A program made the position numbers and the translations under genes. From contig JAAKFN010000003.1 in the NCBI GenBank assembly GCA_011065045.1, forward strand, positions 1 through 41,900: a stretch of DNA of 41,900 bases. The letters run 5' to 3'. Shown one piece after another: positions 7,881 to 18,200 of this stretch. Position 1 is the stretch's first letter; each line of letters starts with the position of its first letter. The notes beneath the pieces are model-generated. The model did not search any database and was not told the DNA's origin. It worked only from the letters and a program-made list of their open reading frames with translations. The stretch comes from Candidatus Anoxychlamydiales bacterium (GTDB taxonomy: Bacteria > Chlamydiota > Chlamydiia > Chlamydiales > SM23-39).

Positions 7881-9719
7881 ATGTGGAAATATCCTATCAA
7901 ATATGACGTTATAGTTGTAGGGGCAGGTCACGCTGGCTCTGAGGCTGCGCATGCATCTAGTAAAATGGGAGCTAAAACCCTACTACTCACAATGAATTTA
8001 GATACTATTGCAAAAGCTAGTTGCAATCCCTCTATTGGCGGGATTGGAAAGGGCCATATTGTAAAAGAAATAGACGCGCTCGGCGGTATCATGGGCAAGA
8101 TCGCTGATAAGACAGGGATTCATTTTAGGATGCTAAATTCTTCGAAGGGATGGGCAGTTAGAGCGCCTAGAGCTCAAATAGATAAAGCCCATTACTCTTT
8201 AGAAATGAAAAAATTACTTGAAAACACCACAAATTTAGAATTAAAGCAATTTACTGTAAAAGATCTTATTTGTGAAAACGGCTGCGTTACAGGCGTTTCA
8301 ACTATTGAGGGAGTGATATTTGAAGCTAAATCAGTAATATTATCATCTGGTACTTTTATGAAGGGGCTGATGCATATTGGCGATTCAAATTTTTCTGGAG
8401 GTAGATCGGGAGATCTAAGTTCAAATAATTTATCTACATCACTCAAAAATTTAGGATTTGAGATTAAAAGATTAAAAACAGGAACACCTCCTAGAGTTCA
8501 TAAAAGAAGCATAGATTTTTCTAAATTAGAGGCCCAACACCCTGATGATAATGTAAGATTCTCATATGATGATGTAGAGCAAAAATTAAATTTTAAAATT
8601 CCATGTTATATCTCCTATACAACAAAAAGAACTATTGAAGTTGTTAAAAGGGATTTAGATAAATCTGCTTTGTTTTCAGGAAAGATAGAAGGGGTAGGTC
8701 CTAGATACTGCCCGTCTATTGAAGATAAGGTTGTGAAATTTGCGAAAAAAGATCGGCACCAGGCTTTTTTAGAACCTGAAGGCTTAAATACCGTTGAATA
8801 TTATATAAATGGCTTATCATCATCTCTTCCCTTTTCAACGCAATTAGAATTCATTCAAAGCATGGTAGGGCTAGAAAAAGCCGAGATAATGAGACCTGCT
8901 TATGCAATTGAGTATGATTACATGCCATCTACTCAGATATATCCCACTATGGAAACTAAACTTATAAAAAATCTATATTTTACAGGTCAGTTAAATGGAA
9001 CAACTGGATATGAAGAAGCAGCGGCGCAAGGACTCATTGCAGGAATAAATGCATATAATAAAATTTTTGGAAAGGAAGAATTTATTTTGAAAAGAGATGA
9101 GAGTTACATCTCTGTAATGATCGATGATTTAACTACAAAAGAGATTTTAGAACCTTATAGAATGTTCACATCAAGAGCAGAATATAGACTTTTATTAAGA
9201 CAAGATAACGCGGATCTACGCCTTAGAGAATATGGATATGAACTGGGACTAATAGATGAAGAGAAATATCAAAAAGTAAAAGAAAAAAAGAAAATTATTA
9301 AAAGTGAAGTAAGCAGACTATCTAAAATACATAAAACAATAGATGGGAGGAGTTTTTCATTGAAAAAACTACTCTCAAGAGTTGAAAATTCTTATGCAAA
9401 ACTTTTAAAAGATTATCCAGAAGATTTTTTTGATTATAAAAAAGAAGTTAACGATCAAATCGAGCTAGAGATAAAATATGAAGGCTATATTAATAGACAA
9501 AAAAAAGATGTTCAAAAACTAAAGGATTTAGAAAAAATTAAACTTCCTAAAAACTTTAATTTTGAAAAAGTTCAAGGACTTAGATATGAAGCTATAGAAA
9601 AATTAATGAAATTCACTCCCCAAAATTTAGAGACAGCTTCTAAAATAAATGGAGTATCTTTTGCTGATATTTCAATTTTGATAATAGCTCTTCAAAATAA
9701 AAAATCTTTCATAAACTAA
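7881..9719 (+). CDS. mnmG: tRNA uridine 5-carboxymethylaminomethyl modification enzyme MnmG (GidA)
   Basis: YDVIVVGAGHAG FAD motif, SCNPSIGG, RLKTGTPPR, GPRYCPSIEDK, GQLNGTTGYEEAAAQG, EPYRMFTSRAEYRL. Confidence 0.99.
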   Translation: MWKYPIKYDVIVVGAGHAGSEAAHASSKMGAKTLLLTMNLDTIAKASCNPSIGGIGKGHIVKEIDALGGIMGKIADKTGIHFRMLNSSKGWAVRAPRAQIDKAHYSLEMKKLLENTTNLELKQFTVKDLICENGCVTGVSTIEGVIFEAKSVILSSGTFMKGLMHIGDSNFSGGRSGDLSSNNLSTSLKNLGFEIKRLKTGTPPRVHKRSIDFSKLEAQHPDDNVRFSYDDVEQKLNFKIPCYISYTTKRTIEVVKRDLDKSALFSGKIEGVGPRYCPSIEDKVVKFAKKDRHQAFLEPEGLNTVEYYINGLSSSLPFSTQLEFIQSMVGLEKAEIMRPAYAIEYDYMPSTQIYPTMETKLIKNLYFTGQLNGTTGYEEAAAQGLIAGINAYNKIFGKEEFILKRDESYISVMIDDLTTKEILEPYRMFTSRAEYRLLLRQDNADLRLREYGYELGLIDEEKYQKVKEKKKIIKSEVSRLSKIHKTIDGRSFSLKKLLSRVENSYAKLLKDYPEDFFDYKKEVNDQIELEIKYEGYINRQKKDVQKLKDLEKIKLPKNFNFEKVQGLRYEAIEKLMKFTPQNLETASKINGVSFADISILIIALQNKKSFIN

Positions 9720-9741
9720 AATTTATTGTTAACATAAATTT

Positions 9742-10167
9742 ATGATACAAGAAAAGCCATTAGCATTAGTAGTCACTCAAAATCTAAATACAAAACTATT
9801 TTTTAGAAAAAATTTAGAAGATAAATTTCATGTTATTGAAAAAAAAGAAGCCCCTTTAGCAATTGAAAGTGCAGAAACTACAAATTTAGATTTAGTTATA
9901 ATCGATGAGAAAATTGAAAATGCAATTGATCTTTGTTTTCAGTTAAAAAAGAGAAAAAGACTTTTTACAACTCCTATAATTTTAATTACTAAAAGCATAA
10001 AAAAAGCATATAGAGAAAAAGCTACAAAAGCTGGAGTTTTTGACTTTTTATTTCTCCCTTTAGATGCAGATCAACTAAATCAACTTTTAGAAAAATGCGA
10101 AGAGGATAAAAAAAGAAGAAAAAAAGTTAGCTCTATATCTTTCAAATTAAAAAAAAATAATCCTTAA
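9742..10167 (+). CDS. Stand-alone atypical response-regulator receiver domain
   Basis: CheY-like pattern LDLVIIDE...PIILIT...KAGVFDFLFLPL. The acidic pair after beta1 (VVTQN) and the Lys of the KP motif are missing. Confidence 0.75.
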   Translation: MIQEKPLALVVTQNLNTKLFFRKNLEDKFHVIEKKEAPLAIESAETTNLDLVIIDEKIENAIDLCFQLKKRKRLFTTPIILITKSIKKAYREKATKAGVFDFLFLPLDADQLNQLLEKCEEDKKRRKKVSSISFKLKKNNP

Positions 10168-10185
10168 AAAATTTCTAATAAAAAA

Positions 10186-10875
10186 ATGCTAAATTTTATA
10201 CATACAAAAAAGTTAAACATATTTGAGCAGCTCCAATTAGAAGAAATTTTATTAAAAAATTATGACAGGCCCTTTTGTCTTATCAATGAGGGAACTTCTA
10301 GCTCAGTAGTTTTAGGTATTTCTAATGATGTGAGAGATTTAGTAGAAGTTAAAAAAACTAAAGAAGATAGAATTCCAATACTCAAAAGATTTACAGCTGG
10401 AGGATGTGTTTATGTAGATGTTGACACATTATTTGTAACCTTTATTTTTTCAAAAAAATCGCTAGATATAACTTTTTTTCCAGAGCCAATCTTAAGATGG
10501 GCTGAAAATTTTTATAAAAAAGTTTTTGAAATAGATAATTTTAAATTAATGGAAAATGATTTTGTTATAGATGATAAAAAAATAGCTGGAAATGCTATGT
10601 ACATAAAAAAAGATCGTTTTTTACTCCACACATCTTTTTTAATGGATTTTGATGATAAAAAAATGAAAAAATATCTTAAAATCCCAAAAGTTGCTCCAAA
10701 ATATAGAAAAAACAGATCTCATGAAAATTTTTTATCCCCTCTTAAAGAAAGATATTCAAAAGAAGATTTTAGTCTAAAAATAAAAACTACCTTGAAAGAT
10801 TTTTTTAAGGTAAAAGATTGCAATCTATCAGATATCGAAAGAAGAGATACTAAATTTTCAACGACTTGTTTATAG
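10186..10875 (+). CDS. lplA: Lipoate-protein ligase family protein (short LplA)
   Basis: KRFTAGGCVYVD, ENDF...KKIAGNA, LLHTSFL, PKYRKNRSHENFL; follows mnmG as in Chlamydia. Confidence 0.88.
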   Translation: MLNFIHTKKLNIFEQLQLEEILLKNYDRPFCLINEGTSSSVVLGISNDVRDLVEVKKTKEDRIPILKRFTAGGCVYVDVDTLFVTFIFSKKSLDITFFPEPILRWAENFYKKVFEIDNFKLMENDFVIDDKKIAGNAMYIKKDRFLLHTSFLMDFDDKKMKKYLKIPKVAPKYRKNRSHENFLSPLKERYSKEDFSLKIKTTLKDFFKVKDCNLSDIERRDTKFSTTCL

Positions 10876-10880
10876 ATAAA

Positions 10881-11002
10881 AAGAACTCCGCAGCTAGGTC
10901 TTAAAAAACGTGCTTACAACCATTATTCTAAGTGGAAATTTTTCCTAAATATAACTGGCAAGGCCTGCAAACAAATGTTTGGGTCCCACCGCGATAGTAC
11001 TT
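10881..11002 (-). ncRNA. Putative structured ncRNA (long irregular hairpin), family unassigned
   Basis: GC-richer intergenic patch. On the minus strand the ends pair through nested helices: AAGTACT/AGTTCTT, CGCGGT/GCTGCG, GGG/CCT, AAAC/GTTT, TGTTTGCA/TGTAAGCA, GCC/GGT, TTAT/ATAA. Several G-U pairs form on this strand only. Confidence 0.55.
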
Positions 11003-11170
11003 AGTTTTTTTCTTTCCCTAATGTTTGTTTTAATTGAAGTTCACTATTTTTTAAGCTATCCATAGCCACAGAGTTAAAATTTGTACGATAAATTAATCCT
11101 TTGTAAAAAAAAGCGCAAGGAATTTTTTATTAAAAAAAATTTAGAGTTGTTATGAGTTGTAAAAGAATGA

Positions 11171-11464
11171 TTAAGTAGCTGCCTTAATATTTAATTCTAA
11201 TCCCAGGACATCAAGTATTAAAAAAAGATTGATAATTGTCGGATTGCCTTGCAGAGATAAAGTCCTATATAAGCTTTCCCTATTAAGATCTGCTTCTTTT
11301 GCTAAATAAGAAACCCCACCATGAGCTTCAGCTATATCTCTTAAAGCAACAAGAAAAATTCTTATATCCTCATCTTCTAAAGCAGCATTGAGATACGCTG
11401 CAGCTTCTTTAGGATTTTTAAGCCTTTCTATTAAACTCTTTTTATAATTTATTGATTTAGCCAT
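11171..11464 (-). CDS. Addiction-module antidote HTH protein (HI1420/HigA-like), orphan
   Basis: LKNPKEAAAYLNAALE...FLVALRDIAEAHGGVSYLAKEADLNRESLYRTLSLQGNPT. Start moved to MAKSINY (11464) by family length. Confidence 0.9.
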   Translation of the reverse strand: MAKSINYKKSLIERLKNPKEAAAYLNAALEDEDIRIFLVALRDIAEAHGGVSYLAKEADLNRESLYRTLSLQGNPTIINLFLILDVLGLELNIKAAT

Positions 11465-11502
11465 TAATCTGTATAACAATTTCATCTTTACATATAACAA
11501 AT

Positions 11503-11524
11503 ATTGTAGCATTTAAACTACAAT
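11503..11524. promoter_or_regulatory. Palindromic operator upstream of the antitoxin gene
   Basis: ATTGTAG-CATTTAAA-CTACAAT inverted repeat about 40 nt upstream of the start; the autoregulatory role is inferred. Confidence 0.55.
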
Positions 11525-11560
11525 AAAATCAAAGAAGAAAAAAGCAGTAAATATAAAGAC

Positions 11561-12325
11561 TTAACACTCTTCTTTAGTTTTTTTTCTCGAAAATAGACTT
11601 TTAAACAGATACTTTGTTGTATCTTTTGAAGCATTTGCTATAGCTTCTGTAAGATCAATATCTTTTGGACACACTCTTTTACAATTTTGAGCATTTCCAC
11701 AGTCAGATACTCCCCCATCTTTTACAAGGTTTGAAAACCTTTCTTCCTTAATATTTTTACCAAGAGGATGATTGTTAAAAAGATTGATTTGAGCGATTGC
11801 TTGAGGACCAATAAAATTTGAATGAGAGTTATATTGAGGACATGCCTCCAAGCAGCATCCACAAGTCATACATTTAGATAAAACATATAGAGCGTCTCTA
11901 ACGCTAGGATCGATTTTCACACCAAACTCTTCTGAGTCGATCTCTTCTACTTCAATCCAAGCTCTAACTTTTTTTAACTGCTCAAACATTTTTGATCTAT
12001 CTACTACTAGATCTCTAATTAGATGAAATTTAGAAAGTGGCGCTAAAACAATAGTTTTTGTTTTTTCGATTAAGGGTTTTATGAGAGCTGTGCAAGCTTG
12101 CTTGGGATAGCCGTTAATTAGCATAGAACAAGCGCCACAAATCTCTTCTAAACAGCTCATCTCAAAACTAATTGGAGATACTTTTTCACCCTTTTTATTA
12201 ACAGGATTTTTTTGAATTTGCATTAGCGCAGAGATAACATTAGAGCCTTCGATAAATTCTAGCTCAAACTCTTCAAAGAACTGGTTCTCTTTTGTTCCTC
12301 TATAAACTTTTAGGATATATTTCAT
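11561..12325 (-). CDS. sdhB: Succinate dehydrogenase/fumarate reductase iron-sulfur subunit
   Basis: SCLEEICGACSMLING (2Fe-2S), KCMTCGCCLEACP, CGNAQNCKRVCPK. Confidence 0.97.
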   Translation of the reverse strand: MKYILKVYRGTKENQFFEEFELEFIEGSNVISALMQIQKNPVNKKGEKVSPISFEMSCLEEICGACSMLINGYPKQACTALIKPLIEKTKTIVLAPLSKFHLIRDLVVDRSKMFEQLKKVRAWIEVEEIDSEEFGVKIDPSVRDALYVLSKCMTCGCCLEACPQYNSHSNFIGPQAIAQINLFNNHPLGKNIKEERFSNLVKDGGVSDCGNAQNCKRVCPKDIDLTEAIANASKDTTKYLFKSLFSRKKTKEEC

Positions 12326-14208
12326 AAAACTTTTTCATAATTTTTATAATTTTTAATATCTGGAATTTTTTGATCTTTTTGATATGTTCTATCTGCCAAA
12401 TCAAAATGTCTTGTATCTACATCTCTATAAGAAATTTCAATATCCTCTGTTTCTTCATTATACGTTGCAATTGTAGTTTTTAAAAAATTTTTATCATCTC
12501 TTTTCGGGAAATCACCTTTAAAGTGAGAGCCTCTAGATTCATCTCTTTTTATTGCTGCTTTAGTAATAGCTAATGCATATTTTAGCATATAGGGGAACTC
12601 TCTTGCAAAAATGTAGGTTTGATTTAAAGTTAGAGATTTATCTGCTAGCTCAATATTTTTAATGCGAGATTCTATCTCTTTTAATTTCTCATACGTATCT
12701 TTTAGATCTTTATTATTTCTTTTAACCGTTACATTTTTTAGCATGAGACTCGCCATCTCTTGATGTAGAAGATAAACATTTTCATCTCCTTTTTGATTCA
12801 AGAGTTTATTTTTTAGTTTTTCTTCTAGTTCAATCTCTTTTTCTATCTCTTTATCTAAATCTTCATTATTTTCTTTTAAATCATTTGAATTTCTCTTTAA
12901 AAATCTTGGAATTTCTTTTGCAGCAACTAGCCCACTATAAATACAAGCTAAAAGAGCATTAGCGCCTAATCTATTAGCGCCGTGGTATAGATAATCGCTC
13001 TCACCGATATTGAAAAGGCTATCTATATTGGTCATTTGTCTAAATCTTTTTGTCCTATCAATATCGTCTGTAGCTGGCCAATCTACAAAAGCGCCCCCCA
13101 TTGTATAGTGAACAGAGACAAAAATTTTCATTGGATATTTTTTAGGGTCCTCTCCTGTGAATTTTTTATAAATATCTAAAGGAGCTTCAATTTTTTTCAA
13201 AGTTTCATCAGATAGATGAGTTGCATCTAAATAGACTTGATCTTTTTTATCGATGCCAAGACCTAACTCACATACTTTTAAAATTTCTCGAGCTGCGATA
13301 TCTCTTGGAACCAAATTTTTATATTCTGGATACATCTCTTCTAAAAAATACCACTTTTCATTAGTTTTGCCACATTTTCTAATAGATCCATCTGGAAACT
13401 CTATCTCTTTTTTATCATCTCCATATACCCAGATTCTTGCGCCTTCTGCTCTTGTTGCTTCTGATATAAGCCTTAATTTATCCTCACCTAAAATTGCAGT
13501 TGGATGGATTTGAATAAATTCAGGATTAGCAAGTTTCATCCCTTGAGTAAAAAGCATACTATTTGCTACTCCTGTACATGCATATGAATTTGTAGATTTT
13601 CCAAAAATCAGCCCCAAACCTCCAGCAGCTACAACTACTGCATCAGCTTTTATAGCAAAAATATTCAGATCATGTAAGTTTTGAAAAATAGCGCCTCTTG
13701 CTCTATTATTTTTATCTTTTATTAGTTTTATAAATTCATGATTTTCCAATCTTTTAATTTTGTTTTTATCTTCTAGTCTCCTGACTTGTTCGTCTAATGA
13801 ATATACAAGCTGCTGACCAGTTGAAGAATTCACATATGCAGTTCTTTTAAATAGCGTTCCTCCAAATCCTCTAAAATCGATATCACCATTTTCATCCCTA
13901 TTAAATAAACATCCTATTTGATCTAACATTTTTATGATCGATGGAGCATTTAAACACATCTCTAAAGTTGGAGGTTGATCTGCTAGAAAATCTCCACCTT
14001 TTATTGTTTCATAGGCGTGCAGAATTGGAGAGTCACCTTGGTTTTTTGAAATAGCCGCATTAATTCCACCTTGAGCGCAAACAGAGTGCGAGCGCTTTGC
14101 CGGAAGAAGAGATACTAGATAAACAAAAATATTTTGTTTAGCGAGACTCATTGCAGCAGAAAGACCAGCGAGGCCTCCACCGATTACAATAACTTTTTTC
14201 TCTTCCAT
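12322..14208 (-). CDS. sdhA: Succinate dehydrogenase/fumarate reductase flavoprotein subunit
   Basis: VIGGGLAG, RSHSVCAQGGINA covalent FAD His, IQIHPT, VHYTMGG, HGANRLGANALL, RDESRGSH. Start set at MEEKK (14208) after an AAGGA RBS. Confidence 0.97.
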   Translation of the reverse strand: MEEKKVIVIGGGLAGLSAAMSLAKQNIFVYLVSLLPAKRSHSVCAQGGINAAISKNQGDSPILHAYETIKGGDFLADQPPTLEMCLNAPSIIKMLDQIGCLFNRDENGDIDFRGFGGTLFKRTAYVNSSTGQQLVYSLDEQVRRLEDKNKIKRLENHEFIKLIKDKNNRARGAIFQNLHDLNIFAIKADAVVVAAGGLGLIFGKSTNSYACTGVANSMLFTQGMKLANPEFIQIHPTAILGEDKLRLISEATRAEGARIWVYGDDKKEIEFPDGSIRKCGKTNEKWYFLEEMYPEYKNLVPRDIAAREILKVCELGLGIDKKDQVYLDATHLSDETLKKIEAPLDIYKKFTGEDPKKYPMKIFVSVHYTMGGAFVDWPATDDIDRTKRFRQMTNIDSLFNIGESDYLYHGANRLGANALLACIYSGLVAAKEIPRFLKRNSNDLKENNEDLDKEIEKEIELEEKLKNKLLNQKGDENVYLLHQEMASLMLKNVTVKRNNKDLKDTYEKLKEIESRIKNIELADKSLTLNQTYIFAREFPYMLKYALAITKAAIKRDESRGSHFKGDFPKRDDKNFLKTTIATYNEETEDIEISYRDVDTRHFDLADRTYQKDQKIPDIKNYKNYEKVL

Positions 14209-14222
14209 AATAAAAAATTCCT

Positions 14223-15059
14223 TTAATACAAGTAACTCGACCAAATAGATACAAATCCAAGCGATATTATAAAAAGCATAATCCAATAACAGATATTTAA
14301 ACTAACTCTTTGAGATCTGTTAGAAATTATAAATCCCCAAGTCATTAAAAAAGTCCAAAATCCATTCATAGCATGAAAACAAGCAACTAAAACAAAAACA
14401 GAGTATATCGCTACCATAAAAGGATTTTTAAAAGTATTTCTAACCTCTAATAAAAATGCAGCGCCGCTATTTTTAGAAAAAGCAAAAACTTCACTATCTT
14501 TAAGTTTCATTTTTTGAAACTTTTCACCCAATTCATAAACTTCATTTTTTGAAAAAACTTTAATATCGAGTTTTTTAGAGAGTTTTTCTAACTTATCGTC
14601 TTTTTTTATTTTCACATAATAAAAAGTGGAGTTATTTAAAATAACTGTTTTTGGTTTATCTAAAAATCTCATCTGAACAATATGAAAAACTAAAAATATT
14701 GCTAAAAAATATGACGTTATTCTCTGCCAAGAATATGCTTTGTTTCTTTTGAACTTATAAAGAGCTGGTCTTCTTCCGTCAGTTTTAAAAGAGTTAAGCT
14801 CTCCTGTTATAATATACTTAACACCTAAAGATGCATGTAGCGCTAGAGGAATCCCGATCAGAACAATTTCTATAGCAGGCAGGAATGGAATTGATTGAAA
14901 AAGGCTAACAGATCTTACAAAAAAAGAACCATCATCTAAAAATAAAGCGACTGTTGAGTTTGTAAATAGATGCTCAATTAAAAATAGAACTAAAAAAAAT
15001 CCTGTTAAGGATTGCAATCTTCTTAAGAAAAAAGATATTGAAATTACATTTTTTTGCAT
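14223..15059 (-). CDS. sdhC: Succinate dehydrogenase cytochrome b558 subunit
   Basis: RRLQSLTG, IEHLFTN, ALHASLG, WQRITS, VFHI, FHAMNGFWTF..TWG heme-ligand helices; first gene of sdhCAB. Confidence 0.93.
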   Translation of the reverse strand: MQKNVISISFFLRRLQSLTGFFLVLFLIEHLFTNSTVALFLDDGSFFVRSVSLFQSIPFLPAIEIVLIGIPLALHASLGVKYIITGELNSFKTDGRRPALYKFKRNKAYSWQRITSYFLAIFLVFHIVQMRFLDKPKTVILNNSTFYYVKIKKDDKLEKLSKKLDIKVFSKNEVYELGEKFQKMKLKDSEVFAFSKNSGAAFLLEVRNTFKNPFMVAIYSVFVLVACFHAMNGFWTFLMTWGFIISNRSQRVSLNICYWIMLFIISLGFVSIWSSYLY

Positions 15060-15089
15060 GGATTATTGTTCTTTATTAAAATATTTTAG

Positions 15090-15124
15090 AAAAAAAATAC
15101 AATTGATTGCCATGTATTTTTTTT
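15090..15124. terminator. AT-rich inverted repeat between tpsA2 and sdhC (possible terminator)
   Basis: AAAAAAAATACA-N11-TGTATTTTTTTT, about 100 nt past the tpsA2 stop; weak stem. Confidence 0.3.
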
Positions 15125-15225
15125 ACTATGAGTTTACCAATAAATATGCATGAAAAAAAACTTTAAAACAAATTTAGTAAATTAATTTTGAAAAATTCTC
15201 ATTAATAAAAACAATCATAAGTTCG

Positions 15226-18200
15226 TTATAATTGAGATTTATAGAGATCTATTTTTTCATTTAACTGATTCCAAGGAACTTTTCTCTGTTTTGGCAATCT
15301 AATAAGTGGATCGTAATATAAATATATGTAAAAAGGCTTATAAAAAAGTTCATAATCAGGGTATAAAAAAGCCGGATCTTGCCCGAATAGACTTAATATT
15401 GAAGGGAAAGGGAAATCTTTATAAAAAATTGTAAAAGGAGCTCCTCCAAAAGAAGAGGAAAAATATGTTGCCCATTGTTCTATTGCTGAATTTACAAATA
15501 AAGGACCTTGTGTAAAAACATTATTATTAATTGCTCCATTAACAAAAGTACTTGTCCCAAATTGATTTGTTATAAAATTCTGAGATCTAGAAGCTGTAAA
15601 AATTCTAACGATACCTCCGCCTGATCTTCCAACTTCAGTATGAACATTCATGAAAAAACTTCCAGAACCTATATCCCATTTATTTGGAAAATCATTGTCT
15701 ACAACAACTGCTATTTCTCCACTACCAAGATTTGCTATTTCTCCCCAAGGACCTAGAGTTATATCTCTACCTGCTTTTATAGATAAATTGCCTGCTCTAT
15801 TTTGAATAGTTGCTCTTGTAAATGACGAACCATCACAATGTCCAATCAAATCAACATCTCTACCAACTGTAATATTCAAAGTATTTTGTGCATCTATGAT
15901 ACATTGCTCAGTATCAGATAAAAGACTTAAATCTTGCGCAATATCAAGAACCGCTGTATCGATAGCATTCACTTGAACTCCTTTAGATTCCGCCATCATA
16001 AAAAAATCTTGTCCTGTTTTAATATTCAAAGTTCTTCCAGCTGTGGTAGTGGTGCCATTTTGAATAAATACAGTCTCTCCATTTCGAGAAATAGCAGAAA
16101 AATTTCCTTCTATGTCGATATTGAGATTAGATCTGCTTGTTCCTAATGTTGTTATTAATACTGAATCTAAATCAGCAGTCATAGCTCCTAAAAGAATAAT
16201 ATTTTCATTTGGGTTTGTTACTCCTCCCAATAAGGTAGTTCTGCCCAAACATTTAATGTCAATTAAATCAATGTCAATAAAAGCACTTGTTCTAGTTACA
16301 TCCGTTGTATTTATTAATGCTCCAATTAATCCAGGCCCGCCGCCTCCTGCAGATCCTGTTCCAGCCTTAACCAATAGGTTATCCAATGCTTTTAATTTTA
16401 TGTTTGAATTGTTAATTGTAACTGCAGGAGTCCCTGCACTCATTCTAACTCTAAATCCTACTACAGCAGCAGTATCTTGAGAATCTCCTCCTTCAATTTC
16501 TATATTATTTGCTTGAACTAATATATCTCCAGATAGAGTTAAAGTCCCCCCTGAAATATTTGATCCTCCATGACCAATGATTGCATAAGCTTGATTTTCA
16601 TCTCCTGCAAAAATATCTAAATCTCCCTGGATTGGTGCATAAGAACCAGCAGAAGGACCTCTTATATCTCCTGAAAATGTTAAATTATTAGCATCATTCA
16701 TTGCAGAGTGTCCTATCTGAGCAAAACTATCGTTGACCCCGTTTCTAGCATCCACAATACAGTTTCTTCCAATGTTATGAATTATAATATCCCCAATCAT
16801 AGAACTATCTGAAAACCCTCCTGATCCTCCATGACCAATTAAAGCAAAACAATCAGTGTTTACTCCTAATCCTCCAGCAATTAATTTAAGATCCCTTCCT
16901 ACAGTAAGGTGAATATCACAATTAACATTTGTTGCCTTTCTTCCGATCTGAGCAAATTGTTCATCATCAGTTGTCCCTCCTGTTAATATCAAATCATTCC
17001 CTGCTACAACGCTTATAGTTCCTGTGTTAGTTGATACTCTAGACTGAACATTTGGTCCGGTACTAACATTTGTGCTTGGACCTATGTTAATATCATTTGT
17101 CGCTGTTAAGCTTAGATCACCAATAAAAGAATTATCAATTTGTCCCAAAATAGTTATATCATTTGCAGTTATACCTAGATTATCAGACAAACTAAAATCT
17201 ATATTACCCGGAACTCCAGTTCCACTATTAGCTATTGTAAAAGTAGCCCCTGCTGTTAGCTGAATTGAAGAAACATTATCACAATCAAATGTATTAGTTG
17301 TGGAAATAGTAAAATCATTCCCGGCTACCATGGTTATGTTATTTGCGTTATCAACATTTAAGTCTGCGTCGATTAAAATATCATTTCCTGCATTGAAATT
17401 TAAATTAGCTAAGCTACTTACATCAAATGTGAGGGTCAAAGCTGAATTTATATTAATATCATTATCCGCATTTAAAGTGAGAGATCCTCCTGCCGTACCT
17501 GCAGATGTATATGTATAAACTGCTGTAAATGATATATCTCCTGAAGATCCAAAAGCTGATGTTGTATCTATCACAACGTTGGCAGCATCCAAGGCTGCGG
17601 TAAGATCGGTATTTAAAATATTCGCCACCGCTAGTGTTGGAGTAAAAGTATCTGTTGGAGAGCCTCCATCAAAAGCACCGCCACTTGTTGCAGCCGCAGA
17701 TATAGTTATATCTGAAGGATCTAATAAAAGAGTGCCTATTTTTCCATTTAAAGCTTTTGTATTTACTCTCCCTCTATATATTAAGTTTTTCAAACCTGAT
17801 ACTTCAATAAACCCACCATCTCCGTTTTCGGAGCCTCCTCTGCTAGATATATCACCTAAAAAAGAGGTCCATCCATCAGACCATAATATTACTTTTCCGC
17901 CATTACCATTTATGATTGCATCAGAATTAATTTTTACATTTTTTGAAACTGAAGTCATTTGAGAATTAAAGAATCTTTGATCTTTTCCTTGATATCCTCC
18001 ACCTATATTTACTTCGCCCTCTCCAATCTTTGAAGAAACATCGATTAAAGTATTACCTTCTAATCTAATCTCATCTGCTAATATATTTACTTGTCCACCG
18101 GTTGAATTCTCGTTTTTTGCTATTAATTGAGCATTTTTTTTTGTTTGAATTAGACCTTCTTTAGCGACTAAATAAACTTCCCCATCAATATTTTTTATTC

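Noticed and set aside
15226-15500. CDI/polymorphic toxin tip on TpsA2
   Set aside because: No VENN, DUF637 or Hint motif, no recognisable nuclease tip, and no immunity ORF in the 166 nt before sdhC.
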